A DNA stretch of 64,000 bases from Bacteroidota bacterium (GTDB lineage: Bacteria; Bacteroidota; Bacteroidia; Flavobacteriales_D; UBA2798). The stretch is taken from positions 58,482 through 122,481 of the forward strand of contig JBMORL010000020.1 in NCBI GenBank assembly GCA_049322335.1, given 5' to 3'. The translations under genes and the position numbers were made by a program. Positions 33,650 to 42,009 of this stretch are shown piece after piece (positions within the stretch are counted from its first letter, which is position 1; every line of letters starts with the position of its first letter). The notes under the pieces are model-generated. The model searched no databases. It had not been told where the DNA came from and saw only the letters and a program-made list of their open reading frames with translations.

Positions 33650-35812
33650 CTATTTATAATTCACCCTCGAATTCGTGTTGAAAAACAGGAATGCCCATTT
33701 GTCGGCTGTTTCTTCAATGATTTTTGAGGTGGGTTTTCCCGCCCCGTGTCCCGCATCGGTTTCAATACGAATGAGCATAGGATTGCTTCCTTTATTTTTG
33801 GCCTGCAGTGCAGCGGCAAACTTAAATGAATGGGCCGGCACCACACGATCATCATGATCGCCTGTCAACACCATAGTGGCGGGATAATTTACTTCTTTTA
33901 CGTTGTGCAACGGTGAATAGGAAAACAGGTTGGCAAAGTGAGTGGAATCATCGCTTGAACCGTATTCGGGAATCCATCCGAATCCTACAGTAAATTTGTG
34001 ATAACGCAACATATCCAGTACCCCCACAGCGGGAAAAGCTACTTTGTACAAATCGGGGCGCTGTGTCATGCAAGCTCCGACAAGGAGTCCTCCGTTAGAG
34101 CCACCGGCAATTCCAAGTTTTTCAGATGAAGTATATTTTTCTTTTATGAGGTATTCGGCTGCTGCGATAAAATCATCAAACACATTTTGTTTGTTGAGCA
34201 ACATTCCGGCACGATGCCATTCTTCCCCGTATTCTCCACCGCCACGCAGGTTGGCCAGCGCATATACTCCGTTGTTTTCGAGAATGGGAATGATGGAAAC
34301 GCTGAAGGAAGGTGTTAAACTGATATTGAATCCTCCATAAGCATACAACAGTGTGGGATTTTTTCCATTGAGTTGTAATCCTTTTTTGTGAACGATAAAC
34401 ATCGGCACTTTGGTTCCGTCTTTACTGGTATAAAAAATCTGTTTCGATTCAAAATCACCGGGATTGAATTTCAGTTCAGGTTTGTAAAACACTTCCGATT
34501 TTCCTGACGGAATATCGTATTTGTAGATGGTAGTGGGATAAGTGAAAGACGTAAACATATAAAAACATTCCATTTCATCTTTTTTTCCACCGAGGCCACC
34601 AGCCGTTCCGATAGCCGGAAGCTGAATTTCGCGTTCCATTTTTCCGGTATAATCATACTGGTATAAATGGGTAGCTACGTCCTGTAAATATTGTGCGAAA
34701 ATTTTTCCTCCACCGGTAGAAACTCCTTCCAGAAGATTTTCATTTTCGGGAATAACATTTTTCCAGCCGGCTTTGGCTGTATCATTTACATCAATGGCTA
34801 CGAGGCGGTATTTTGGGGCATCAATATCAGTATGCACATAAAATTTTCCGTCATAATGATCAATCACCGTGCTTTTGTTTTTGAAACCGGAGAAGAGCGT
34901 TTTAAATCCACCTGTTTTCAGATCGGCCGGTTTGTAGTGACACTCAAAACCATCTGTTCCTTCAGCCACATATAGAACGAGGTATTTTTCATCTTCTGTG
35001 AGATCAACATAATGATATCTGAGCGGATTTTTTTTGTCTTCAAAAACAAGAATATCTTTTTCCTGCGGATCGCCCAGTTTATGGTAATATACTTTATGAA
35101 ACTGGTTGGTAGCAGAGAATTCTTTTCCTTTGGCGGGAGTCGGGTAACGGCTGTAGAAAAATCCGTTTCCATACCATTCTGCCCCCGAAAATTTCACCCA
35201 TTTCAGCACATCCGGCAATTCGGTTTTTGTGGCAATTTCGATAATACGGAATTCCTGCCAGTCAGATCCGGCATCCGAACGCGAATACGCTGCATATTTA
35301 TTATCAGTGGAAAATCCAACCAAACTAATGGAAGCGGTACCTGATTCGGACATTGTATTCGGATCAAGAAAAACTTCTTCTTTTCCGTTTTCTCCTTTTT
35401 TATAATAGATCACGGCCTGGTTTTGCAATCCGCTGTTTTTATAAAAGAAATAATATTCGCCTACTTTTGTAGGTGCTGAAACACGCGGGTAGTTATAAAT
35501 TTCCTCAAGGCGTTTTTTGAATTTGTCGCGGAAGGGGATTTGCTCAAGATAACCAAAGGTTACTTTATTCTGCTCCTTTACCCATTCCTTTACTTCAGCA
35601 GCCGTATCAATTTCCAGCCAGCGGTAGGAATCGGCCACAGCTGTTCCGAAATAGTTGGTCACTACCGAATCGGTACGGGTAACCGGGTAGGATACTGTGG
35701 GTTGGGTATAAACGGTATCTTTTTCTTCCGGTTGAGCGTTACCTTTTTCATCGGTTTTTCCGCCACCGCAGGCAGCAAGGGCAAGAACAACGGGTAAAAT
35801 GTACTTTTTCAT
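33650..35812 (-). CDS. Prolyl oligopeptidase (S9A family)
   Basis: 720 aa with a lipoprotein-type signal. Catalytic Ser block GIAGGSNGGLLVGA, TGDHDDRV, and GHGAGKPTSK, with a beta-propeller N-terminal region. Confidence 0.9.
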   Translation of the reverse strand: MKKYILPVVLALAACGGGKTDEKGNAQPEEKDTVYTQPTVSYPVTRTDSVVTNYFGTAVADSYRWLEIDTAAEVKEWVKEQNKVTFGYLEQIPFRDKFKKRLEEIYNYPRVSAPTKVGEYYFFYKNSGLQNQAVIYYKKGENGKEEVFLDPNTMSESGTASISLVGFSTDNKYAAYSRSDAGSDWQEFRIIEIATKTELPDVLKWVKFSGAEWYGNGFFYSRYPTPAKGKEFSATNQFHKVYYHKLGDPQEKDILVFEDKKNPLRYHYVDLTEDEKYLVLYVAEGTDGFECHYKPADLKTGGFKTLFSGFKNKSTVIDHYDGKFYVHTDIDAPKYRLVAIDVNDTAKAGWKNVIPENENLLEGVSTGGGKIFAQYLQDVATHLYQYDYTGKMEREIQLPAIGTAGGLGGKKDEMECFYMFTSFTYPTTIYKYDIPSGKSEVFYKPELKFNPGDFESKQIFYTSKDGTKVPMFIVHKKGLQLNGKNPTLLYAYGGFNISLTPSFSVSIIPILENNGVYALANLRGGGEYGEEWHRAGMLLNKQNVFDDFIAAAEYLIKEKYTSSEKLGIAGGSNGGLLVGACMTQRPDLYKVAFPAVGVLDMLRYHKFTVGFGWIPEYGSSDDSTHFANLFSYSPLHNVKEVNYPATMVLTGDHDDRVVPAHSFKFAAALQAKNKGSNPMLIRIETDAGHGAGKPTSKIIEETADKWAFLFFNTNSRVNYK

Positions 35813-35934
35813 GTCTTAATGTATAGTCATACAAACCTACTAAAAACTGCCGGAAAAGCTTACCGGAATTTGATAAGTGGCAGATGAAGATTATAAAAGA
35901 CCGGACACGGGTACTCTAAAAAAGAGATTTTTTG

Positions 35935-35942
35935 TATATTTG
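35935..35942 (+). promoter_or_regulatory. -7 box TAtaTTTG immediately upstream of the antitoxin ATG
   Basis: TATATTTG ends 4 nt before the ATG at 35947. If functional, the transcript would be leaderless or nearly so. Confidence 0.3.
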
Positions 35943-35946
35943 AATT

Positions 35947-36183
35947 ATGGATATCAAAGCCGAAAAGATAAAATTGGTTCATTATATCATGTCACTGAAT
36001 AGTGCCAGTGCTATTTCAAATTTTAAAAAATTTATACGAAAGCAGGAACAGGATGATCTTTGGGAGGAACTACCGGATGAAATAAAAGCTGATGTGGAAG
36101 AATCAATCCGTCAGCTCGAGAATGGCGAAGGAATTCCTCATGAAAAAGTAATGAAGCGGTACGAAAAATGGCTAAAGAAATAG
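35947..36183 (+). CDS. Putative antitoxin of the RelE/ParE pair
   Basis: 78-aa acidic protein whose 3' end overlaps the toxin start by 16 nt. No family motif recognised. Confidence 0.55.
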   Translation: MDIKAEKIKLVHYIMSLNSASAISNFKKFIRKQEQDDLWEELPDEIKADVEESIRQLENGEGIPHEKVMKRYEKWLKK

Positions 36184-36464
36184 TCTGGTCACCAAAAGCC
36201 AGGGCGAGTTTTGATAAAGTAATCAGCTATCTTCAGCAAAAATGGACGGAAAGAGAGGTTCGGAACTTCGTTAAAAAGTCCCATCATCTTTTATTTTTAA
36301 TCTCAAGAGATAAAATAAAATTCAGAAAATCTGAAAGGAAGAATATTTACGAAGTTCCCGTTACAAAACACAATCTTTTATTATACCGCATAAAAGATTC
36401 GAATATTGAAATACTACTGTTTTTTGATACCCGTCAACATCCAAAGAAAAAGAAAGTAAAATAA
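36168..36464 (+). CDS. Type II toxin, RelE/ParE family
   Basis: 98 aa. IVWSPKARASFDKVISYL at the N-terminus and LFFDTRQHPKK at the C-terminus are characteristic of Bacteroidota RelE/ParE-type toxins. Confidence 0.8.
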   Translation: MAKEIVWSPKARASFDKVISYLQQKWTEREVRNFVKKSHHLLFLISRDKIKFRKSERKNIYEVPVTKHNLLLYRIKDSNIEILLFFDTRQHPKKKKVK

Positions 36465-36523
36465 TTAGTTGTCAGCTTCGTTTATAGGGTAACTTTATTT
36501 GTTCTTTGCATTATAAATGGCAG

Positions 36524-37765
36524 ATGTCATCGTATAAATCACTTTTTTTGCCATTCCTTTTATTCTGCCTGCTGTTAGCAGAAACCATCGGTTTTTCACA
36601 GGAATCAGATCTTGAAAAACATAAACTGAAAGGAGGGGTAAAATCAGCAACCATCTTTTCTTATACTGATGACGGGGAAACGATACGTCAGAAAGATTCA
36701 TTGATTTTTGATAAAAAAGGAAATATCGTTTTTAGAGGTAATTACCCTGCATATAGCCGATCTTACGAATATAAATACCATATTGTATATGATCCGGATT
36801 CCAACCTGTGCAGAAAAATATCCATTCCCGTTGAAACAAACAGACAATTCCAACCCTATTATCACCGTGTTTTAAGAACAATTTTGTGGCTTCGTGAAAA
36901 CGGAGATACGCTCAAAACTGATTATTGTGATTCGCTAGGATTTTTTGAAATGCCTTTTTTTCCTGAATTCGATCATGTAAAAATACTCTACTACAAAAAA
37001 TTAAAAACCCTGGGGGATATTTTTAATTCAACATCAATAATAACGTGTGCAGATAATATTGATAAAAAAACTATTTGTTATTATAATGAAAAAGGACTCT
37101 TAACCCGGCTGGATTATATAGGTGCCTCTTATGAAGAGAAAGTAAACTATCTCTTCTGTTATAATAGTAATTTTCAACTAACCGGCAGAAAAAGAATTTA
37201 CGATGACACCATACTTACCCACCACACCCTTTATCAATATCATGAGAATGGTAACATAAAAGAAATAAAAAGGTTTGCTTATGACACCTGTTGCCTGATC
37301 ATTCATCGTTTTGATAACAAAGGGAAAATAACCGAAGAATTATGGTTTGACACAGAGCAGAAATACACCTTTAGCCCGAAAGACAATTCTCTTTTTCGTC
37401 ACAGCACCCATGAGTATGACACCAGCGGACGTATAAAAAAAATAAACACTGTTAATTCAATCAGAGATAATTTAAACTATAAATCTCTCTATCAATATAC
37501 TGATAAAAATGGTTCGTATTATTCATATCTCCTCCCACCTGATAATGACACCACAAACCTGGTAAAAAACCAGTACCACTATGATGATAAAGGAAATCTT
37601 ATATTATCTGTTATTCATCATCACCATTATCATTTCACGGATAAATACCAATACGAGTATGATGAAAAAGGGAATTGGACAAAGCAAACACGCTCAATTA
37701 CATATAACAGGGCAAATCCAAACACTACCGTCCAGGTGGTGAAACGGGTAATTGAATATTACTGA
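36524..37765 (+). CDS. Secreted protein with degenerate YD-like repeats (hypothetical)
   Basis: Track ORF starts at TTG 36506; the in-frame ATG at 36524 gives MSSYKSLFLPFLLFCLLLAETIGFSQ. Repeats are LYQYHENGNIKEIK, HEYDTSGRIKKI, YHYDDKGNLILS, YEYDEKGNWTKQ. Confidence 0.55.
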   Translation: MSSYKSLFLPFLLFCLLLAETIGFSQESDLEKHKLKGGVKSATIFSYTDDGETIRQKDSLIFDKKGNIVFRGNYPAYSRSYEYKYHIVYDPDSNLCRKISIPVETNRQFQPYYHRVLRTILWLRENGDTLKTDYCDSLGFFEMPFFPEFDHVKILYYKKLKTLGDIFNSTSIITCADNIDKKTICYYNEKGLLTRLDYIGASYEEKVNYLFCYNSNFQLTGRKRIYDDTILTHHTLYQYHENGNIKEIKRFAYDTCCLIIHRFDNKGKITEELWFDTEQKYTFSPKDNSLFRHSTHEYDTSGRIKKINTVNSIRDNLNYKSLYQYTDKNGSYYSYLLPPDNDTTNLVKNQYHYDDKGNLILSVIHHHHYHFTDKYQYEYDEKGNWTKQTRSITYNRANPNTTVQVVKRVIEYY

Positions 37766-37869
37766 AGGACGCCCAACCTGCTTTTCCTTCCCAAAAAAAA
37801 TTTATGGAATCATTGAACCTGCTGCAGCTTAGGCTGTACAGACTCTCAAAACCAACAAAAACTATCAAA

Positions 37870-38802
37870 ATGAAAAAGATCATCTTATCAGGCTTAGCGC
37901 TCTTATTTGCTTACCAGCTTTCTATGGCGCAATACAATGCCTGTGCTGCCAAAAGCGTGGTAACAGAAACCGTGGCCGTTGAAAAAGTAGACCGCTCCAC
38001 CGGTAAAAAGGAAATTGTATATGAAGAAGTAAAGGTAAAAGACGTTGACGGCCACGGAAATGCGGCCGGAAACCAGTACGACCTGGCTGTAGACGGTGCC
38101 TTTGAAGGACAAACCATCGTGGTATTACACTTCTATACAGGCGAAAATTTCGACTTCGAAAAACCCAAAGCCGCTTTAAAGGAAAAAGGATTTTCGGTTT
38201 ACCGTTATATCAATAACCCTCCCAGCCCCGAGGAACTGGAAGCAGCCCTTGGCAAAGCCTGCCAGCTGTGGGTTATTTCCACCACCGTTCAGAAATTAAC
38301 TGACGAACATGCCGAAGTAATTAAAAAATTCTTCGATAGCGGAAAAGGTGTTTATATCTGGGGTGATAACGATCCCTACCATGCCGATGCCGATTTCCTT
38401 TCAAAAAAATTACTTGGTGCCAGTATGAGCGGATATTACATGGGTAATAACAATGTTACTTTTAAATCCGATTCTACTACTTCGGGAATGAAAAAAGACC
38501 ATCTTATTACTACAGGTCTTGAGTTTGTTTTCGAAGGAATTACCATTTCGCAGATTCACGACCCCAACCAGCAACTCACTCCCCTTATCTGGAGCACTGA
38601 CGGAAACGTAGTGACTTCCATCTATGAAAAAGACGGAAAACGTTTGATTCTTGACGGTGGATTTACCCGCCTTTATTGCAACTGGAACACTGCCGGAACA
38701 GGCCGTTATGTAAAAAATGCGGCTGCCTGGCTGGTGAATTATGAAAAATTCGGTGATGAAGTATTGAGCGAAGATCTTAAAAAGAAAGAAAAAGACAAAT
38801 AA
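37870..38802 (+). CDS. Hypothetical secreted protein
   Basis: The ATG at 37870 gives signal peptide MKKIILSGLALLFAYQLSMAQ. The intact ORF is followed by a strong terminator. No family recognised. Confidence 0.6.
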   Translation: MKKIILSGLALLFAYQLSMAQYNACAAKSVVTETVAVEKVDRSTGKKEIVYEEVKVKDVDGHGNAAGNQYDLAVDGAFEGQTIVVLHFYTGENFDFEKPKAALKEKGFSVYRYINNPPSPEELEAALGKACQLWVISTTVQKLTDEHAEVIKKFFDSGKGVYIWGDNDPYHADADFLSKKLLGASMSGYYMGNNNVTFKSDSTTSGMKKDHLITTGLEFVFEGITISQIHDPNQQLTPLIWSTDGNVVTSIYEKDGKRLILDGGFTRLYCNWNTAGTGRYVKNAAAWLVNYEKFGDEVLSEDLKKKEKDK

Positions 38803-38852
38803 CGAAGCTTTATCGTTCAACGCTAAAATCCATGCTTTATTGGTGTGAACGG

Positions 38853-38880
38853 CCCCGCCTCTGGCGGGGTTTTTTATTTT
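38853..38880 (+). terminator. Rho-independent terminator
   Basis: CCCCGCC (38853-38859), loop TCT, GGCGGGG (38863-38869), then TTTTTTATTTT. Confidence 0.7.
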
Positions 38881-38901
38881 ATAAAGTGGTACATTTGCAC
38901 C

Positions 38902-40860
38902 ATGGAAGATTCCATAAAAAAATATGCGGGCATAGATTATTGCAACAGTTTATTTAACTATTCGCGTTTTTTCACAAGGGAAGTGATGGTGGGCAATATA
39001 GGTTTTGGCGGGGAAAACCCCATTCGCCTGCAATCGATGACCACTACAGACACCATGAATACAGAAGCTACGGTAGCCCAGTCTATACGCATGATTGAAG
39101 CCGGATGCGAATTGGTGCGCATTACCGCCCCGAGTAAAAATGAAGCAGAAAATTTAGCGGTCATAAAAAAATCCCTCCGTGATAAAGGTTATACCACTCC
39201 GCTGGTAGCCGATATTCATTTTACACCTAACGCAGCAGAGATTGCCGCAGCGATTGTGGAAAAAGTGAGAGTGAACCCGGGAAATTATGCGGATAAGAAA
39301 AAATTTGATGCGATTGATTATTCCGATGAAAGTTATGATGCAGAACTGAAACGTATCCGCGAAAAATTTACACCACTGGTTTTATTGTGTAAACGACATG
39401 GAACCGCCATGCGCATTGGCACCAATCACGGCTCACTCAGCGACAGGATTATGAGCCGGTATGGAGATACGCCTCTCGGTATGGTGGAATCGGCACTGGA
39501 GTTTGCGCGCATTTGCAGGGAGAATGATTTTTATGAAATTATTTTTTCGATGAAAGCCAGTAACCCCCAGGTGATGGTACAGGCCTATCGTTTACTCGTG
39601 GCGCGGATGAAAAAAGAAGGAATGAATTATCCCATTCATCTTGGCGTTACCGAAGCCGGTGACGGTGAAGACGGGAGAATAAAATCAGCCATTGGCATTG
39701 GCGCATTACTGGAAGATGGTATTGGCGACACCATCCGCGTTTCGCTAACCGAAGAACCTGAATTTGAAATTCCCGTGGCACGCGAACTTGCACTGCGTTA
39801 TGAGAAAAGAAAAAATACAAAACCGATAAGAGAAATTCCGCTTTCTGAAATTGAAAAAGTAGTTGATCCCTATTCCTATACGCGCAGGCATACACATGAA
39901 ACGGCTAACTTCGGACATAAAAATGTTCCGCGCGTAATAGCAGATTTCAGCGGGAAAGAAAAAATTACAGCTGCTTCGTTATTTTCTGTGGGATATAATT
40001 ACTCTGTTCCTAACGACAAATGGAATCTCACCGACCAGGCCTGTGATTATATTTATGCCGGAGACAATTCGGTTGATTTCGAAATTCCGGGAACACTGGG
40101 AATTATTTACAATTACGAAAGCTGGAAAAAAAACAAATCACAGCCCCGCTCCTACCCGCTTTTTTGTGCCAGTGAATTTTTTGAAAAGGAGCAACATGCA
40201 AAACTGAATTTTGTGGCGGTGGATCATGACTCGCTGACAAAAGAATTTATTGCAAAAGTTTCTGATTACAAAAATGTAGTGTTCATCTTTGATACATTCA
40301 ACGAAAATGCTGTTGCTGATCTGCGGACTATGTTTTTTGAACTGATGCTGGCAAAATGTGAAATCCCGGTAGTAATAAAAAGAAATTATCACCAGCTAAC
40401 GGAGGAGCAATTTCAGTTGTACAGTTCAACCGACATTGGCGCATTACTGGTTGACGGATTTGGAGATGGAATTTGGATAAAACCGGTAGATTGTTCAAAT
40501 CCCCGGCTCACTAACCGCACCGCTTTCGGAATTTTACAGGCTACACGCACGCGCATTTCAAAAACCGAATACATTTCCTGCCCTTCCTGCGGAAGAACAC
40601 TTTTCGACCTGCAGGAAACCACTGCCAGAATCCGCAAACGCACTGATCATTTAAAGGGAATAAAAATCGGAATTATGGGTTGCATTGTAAACGGCCCCGG
40701 GGAAATGGCCGATGCTGATTATGGATATGTGGGCACCGGTGTTGGAAAAATTTCGCTTTACAAAGGAAAAGAAGTAGTAAAGAAAAATATTCCAAGTGAA
40801 AATGCTGTGGAGGAATTGATTGAGTTGATTAAAGAAAATGGGGATTGGGCCTCACCCTGA
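38902..40860 (+). CDS. ispG: 4-hydroxy-3-methylbut-2-en-1-yl diphosphate synthase, long form with insert domain
   Basis: Track ORF 38845..40860 runs through the upstream terminator, so I take the ATG at 38902 (MEDSIKKY). GGENPIRLQSMTTTDT, VRITAPS, LVADIHF, IRVNPGNY-like VRVNPGNY, and the C-terminal SCPSCGRT..GCIVNGPGE Fe-S block are present. Confidence 0.9.
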   Translation: MEDSIKKYAGIDYCNSLFNYSRFFTREVMVGNIGFGGENPIRLQSMTTTDTMNTEATVAQSIRMIEAGCELVRITAPSKNEAENLAVIKKSLRDKGYTTPLVADIHFTPNAAEIAAAIVEKVRVNPGNYADKKKFDAIDYSDESYDAELKRIREKFTPLVLLCKRHGTAMRIGTNHGSLSDRIMSRYGDTPLGMVESALEFARICRENDFYEIIFSMKASNPQVMVQAYRLLVARMKKEGMNYPIHLGVTEAGDGEDGRIKSAIGIGALLEDGIGDTIRVSLTEEPEFEIPVARELALRYEKRKNTKPIREIPLSEIEKVVDPYSYTRRHTHETANFGHKNVPRVIADFSGKEKITAASLFSVGYNYSVPNDKWNLTDQACDYIYAGDNSVDFEIPGTLGIIYNYESWKKNKSQPRSYPLFCASEFFEKEQHAKLNFVAVDHDSLTKEFIAKVSDYKNVVFIFDTFNENAVADLRTMFFELMLAKCEIPVVIKRNYHQLTEEQFQLYSSTDIGALLVDGFGDGIWIKPVDCSNPRLTNRTAFGILQATRTRISKTEYISCPSCGRTLFDLQETTARIRKRTDHLKGIKIGIMGCIVNGPGEMADADYGYVGTGVGKISLYKGKEVVKKNIPSENAVEELIELIKENGDWASP

Positions 40861-40886
40861 TGCTTCGATCAGGGCAGGCCCCCGGC

Positions 40887-40908
40887 CCCCTCTCCGCGAG
40901 AGAAGGGG
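40887..40908 (+). terminator. GC-rich imperfect hairpin after ispG
   Basis: CCCCTCTC-CGC-GAGA(A)GGGG lies 27 nt after the ispG stop. No adjacent T-run is present (a T-run occurs only ~25 nt later), so the function is uncertain. Confidence 0.3.
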
Positions 40909-40966
40909 AGTAAGTTCCCTGTTATTATTTTTTTAATGCCATTATTATGGCCTTTTCAAATTTATT

Positions 40967-42007
40967 TTACAGGAATCTTGTTGATTGTCCTTTTCCGGTA
41001 TTTACGTTGGGATAAATAAATCTTAGAGCGATTTCAAATCCACCTCTTCCGTCACTGGCCTGTGCGAGGTCGGAAACATTAAGATCGTAACTGAAACCGA
41101 TAGAATAGCCACCAAAGCTAAACATAAATGGAAAAATCACCGCGTCTTTGTTTCGATAATAAACTCCCAGCGATAAGGAGGAACCTGTTACAAAGCCGGT
41201 GAAGTGAGAATCTTCTTTAAGCCGGTAACGAATCTGTGACCCTATTACCAATTCACGCGCAGGACCCTGTATAGCGTAAAACAATCCCGGTATTACCGAC
41301 ATTCTTGAGTTTGAAATTCCGATCAATGCATTTCCGCTTACGATAATTTTACGATATAATTTTTCGTCTGCGTTGTTGAAGAAAGAATAATTTGGGGCAT
41401 GAACGTGATACATGGCCACACCCGCAGTGGCTGCCAACTGGTTATTTCCCGTGATGTATCGTTCGCCTTTCAGGTAAGTAAATTGTAATCCTGCTCCGAG
41501 GTCGAAATAGGATTTGGTGTAATTTCCTCCTGCAGCTTCACCTGTGGGCAACATGGCGTTGTAATCCATTCCGTCATATTGACTTCCCCACATCAGTCCT
41601 GAAGTATTTACTGAGCGCTGTGCATATCCTCCCATTACTCCCAAACCAATGGTCATGCCCTTATCAATCAGAACGTGGTAAGCAAGGTTAAGATTTCCCT
41701 GTGCCACTCCCATTTTGGAATCACCGGCACGGTCGGAATAAAAATTGATTCCGCCAGCGAGAAAACCCTGGTCTTTTTTATCAGTGATGCGCATATCATA
41801 CGAAACACCAATGGTTTTATAGGGTGATGCCACGCTTTTCCATTGTTCGCGGTAATTCATATTCGCACGAACTTTATTCTCCGCACCCACACTGGCCGGA
41901 TTTACATTAAGTGGCGACATATAAAATTGAGAGAAGTGAATGTCTTGTGCATTAGCTGATATCGTTAATACGCAAACCGTTATAAATAATATTCTTTTCA
42001 TGTTCAT
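40967..42007 (-). CDS. PorP/SprF family type IX secretion membrane protein
   Basis: Signal peptide then the QDIHFSQFYMSPLNVNPASVGA signature. The rest is beta-barrel-like. The start lies 2 nt after the stop of the upstream adhesin gene. Confidence 0.85.
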   Translation of the reverse strand: MNMKRILFITVCVLTISANAQDIHFSQFYMSPLNVNPASVGAENKVRANMNYREQWKSVASPYKTIGVSYDMRITDKKDQGFLAGGINFYSDRAGDSKMGVAQGNLNLAYHVLIDKGMTIGLGVMGGYAQRSVNTSGLMWGSQYDGMDYNAMLPTGEAAGGNYTKSYFDLGAGLQFTYLKGERYITGNNQLAATAGVAMYHVHAPNYSFFNNADEKLYRKIIVSGNALIGISNSRMSVIPGLFYAIQGPARELVIGSQIRYRLKEDSHFTGFVTGSSLSLGVYYRNKDAVIFPFMFSFGGYSIGFSYDLNVSDLAQASDGRGGFEIALRFIYPNVNTGKGQSTRFL

Positions 42008-42009
42008 TT

